Shown here piece after piece: positions 62,173 to 64,000 of a DNA stretch of 64,000 nt. The translations under genes were made by a program, and so were the position numbers. The stretch comes from Lingula anatina (Eukaryota > Animalia > Brachiopoda). The stretch covers positions 2,705,721 to 2,769,720 of the forward strand of contig CM120648.1 of the NCBI GenBank assembly GCA_051362555.1, written 5' to 3'. Under the pieces are notes generated by a model. The model saw only the letters and a program-made list of their open reading frames with translations, searched no databases and was not told the origin of the DNA. Every line of letters begins with the position of its first letter. Positions within the stretch are counted from its first letter, which is position 1.

Positions 62173-64000
62173 TGTCACGGGGGACTCTCTGTCACGTTAC
62201 ACCGGTCACTAATATACTTTACAAAATACAAAATAAAACTACAGTCTCCATAAATACACAGAATTAAAACAAACCCAAACACTTACGTAACTGTAGAGTC
62301 ATGGAAAGAGAACCATTTTACAGGTACCTCTCCTCTCTGGGTCAGGTAGCAGTATGATCTAGGTGTAGTCTCATGAGTGTCACATGAGTGATTACATTTA
62401 CTTCACACCTGACTGACACAGCGAACACTTATGTTGTGTTCGTGCATTTTCCTACCTTCACCCGGTGTGCTCTCCCTGCGCGGAGAGCGCGCAATTACGG
62501 TAAGTACTGCGCACACCAGGTGGAGAGTCCAACTTCCCTGCCTGATCCCGGTGAGTACAACTCAACCACAGCTACCGTGCAGACGTGTACGGTACAGACG
62601 ACAAAAATAATCAGAATTGAGACACAATACACAGTGATCTACAATCTCACTCCGTAAGTAGAACCAGTGAATACTTTATTGGCGACAAGGCATTCGTAAC
62701 TTGTAATTTTGCGGGCCTAAAGCTTAGTTTTCGCTGCGATCTAGCTGAAAGTGGATTACGCGTTAAATTCCTTTGTCTAACATCCTTTTGAATAATTGGG
62801 TGGAGCGGCGGTCAAAATTGTAAATTCAATTTTGGATCATAAAGGTTACCGCTTCAGGAGACACTGGTATTTGTTGCGTATCTACTGTATTTTCAGTGCT
62901 TACGTGTGTGAATTGTGATATAAAGGAGACGTTGGTCTCATTCCCCTGTGTGTTGTTATCAAAGCTGAATTTACCCCAAGACTGAGGTGCACACATAATA
63001 CTTTAGTTTCTTTGTTTCTTTAGTTTATTTGAAAGAATAAAATATTGACTTTAGTGTTGTTGTTGATTATTCTTTTGTATTTTAGATAGGATTCTGAACA
63101 GAATTTCTGTCTAAATTCAACTTATTGCGTTGTGTGCCGAAGTCTTCTTTCCCCGAATTTGAATTAACTGTACGTTTTTGGATTCTATTTATAGTGAATT
63201 TCGCTATAAGCTTGGTAGTGTATTGTGCTTTGATAGGTGAAATTATTTTGAATCAATTTAATTCTCGCTTACAAATGTACAATGGCGAGTGCATCAAGGT
63301 TGCCAATCAATCGTGCGACTTACGATGAGCTCGTTACGCTGCCGGGTATAGGTCCTAAACGTGCAGAAAGGATAATATACGCTAGAGAGCGAGGGATCCC
63401 CGTGACCAGATCCAACATTTTGGAAATTTGTGGATCCAATACCGGATCAAATAAAATCAAAAATTTCTCTTTTGAGGGTACTCACAGCAGTGAGTTAGGA
63501 TCTGAAGTCAAAATGGGTGACCTAGACCCTAGCGTATTATCCACTCAAAAAGCTAATTGCACAACTTCTAAAGTGACTTCCTACATTCAGCATGAAGGAA
63601 GAGCGGCTGCTGAGAGATATAGGGTGGAATTTGAAAAAATTCTCAAACTGGGTGAAAAAATTCAACACCAAGAACAAATTTCTCGCAGTAAAAATATAAA
63701 AAACGCTGCTAATTATTCACCATCAACGTATTCTAAATTAAAATCTTCTTCAAAATCCCATTTTCACTCAGCTATTGACCCAAAATCTTTCACATCGCAG
63801 CCAGCCACTTTAGCCTCTGAATACGACATTTTTGCTCTGCCTATTGAGAGGCTGCGTGCCAATAACAAAGATAAAAAAGTAACATCTTCTGTGCATGCAA
63901 AGTCTCCAGGCCGCGTCATGAACCCTGATACTGTTACTTCCTTGCCGAATGGTAAGGACAGTAGTCGGCACTTTGCTCCGTCTATCCATAAGGGTGATGT
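62173..64000 (+). mobile_element. Probable LTR retrotransposon (Ty3/Gypsy-like) 5' portion inserted in SGPL1 intron 9
   Basis: PBS-like TGGCGACAAGG at 62680-62690 (near-complement of a tRNA-Ser 3' end), ~600-nt leader, then a long ORF. LTR boundaries are uncertain: TGTCACG at 62173 or 62190, and no canonical CA before the PBS. Confidence 0.55.
63282..64000 (+). CDS. Gag-like ORF1 (partial) with N-terminal helix-hairpin-helix motif
   Basis: ATG at 63282, open for 239 codons to the window end and absent from the ORF track: MASASRLPINRATYDELVTLPGIGPKRAERIIYARERG..., followed by Ser/Lys-rich low-complexity sequence. Confidence 0.7.
   Translation, partial: MASASRLPINRATYDELVTLPGIGPKRAERIIYARERGIPVTRSNILEICGSNTGSNKIKNFSFEGTHSSELGSEVKMGDLDPSVLSTQKANCTTSKVTSYIQHEGRAAAERYRVEFEKILKLGEKIQHQEQISRSKNIKNAANYSPSTYSKLKSSSKSHFHSAIDPKSFTSQPATLASEYDIFALPIERLRANNKDKKVTSSVHAKSPGRVMNPDTVTSLPNGKDSSRHFAPSIHKGD

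Overview
AT-rich, intron-containing animal DNA, most likely a marine invertebrate bilaterian (inferred from gene content and repeats, not identified). I rebuilt the spliced genes by hand from GT-AG junctions and phase continuity. (1) A 12-exon, 761-aa minus-strand gene (654-11237) fuses an atypical acyl-CoA-dehydrogenase-fold domain to a C-terminal FAD/NAD(P)H-binding cytochrome-b5-reductase-type domain; this is the most unusual item. (2) A single-ORF membrane protein with a 15-Cys loop (16270-16935) lies between two copies of a non-coding duplicated block. (3) Three SLC16/MCT-like transporter paralogues share internal exon sizes: two tandem on +, one inverted. (4) A 5'-truncated but frame-intact Rex1/Babar-type LINE. 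(5) A complete 9-exon Pax3/7 gene (39540-54240, minus) with paired domain, S50 homeodomain and OAR tail but no visible octapeptide. (6) A sphingosine-1-phosphate lyase-like gene (+, incomplete); its intron 9 holds a probable LTR retroelement whose first ORF starts with a ComEA-like helix-hairpin-helix motif. Also present: MITEs, a Helitron/Helentron-like element, hammerhead-ribozyme-like repeat remnants and microsatellites. No database searches were run; family assignments come from motif recognition.
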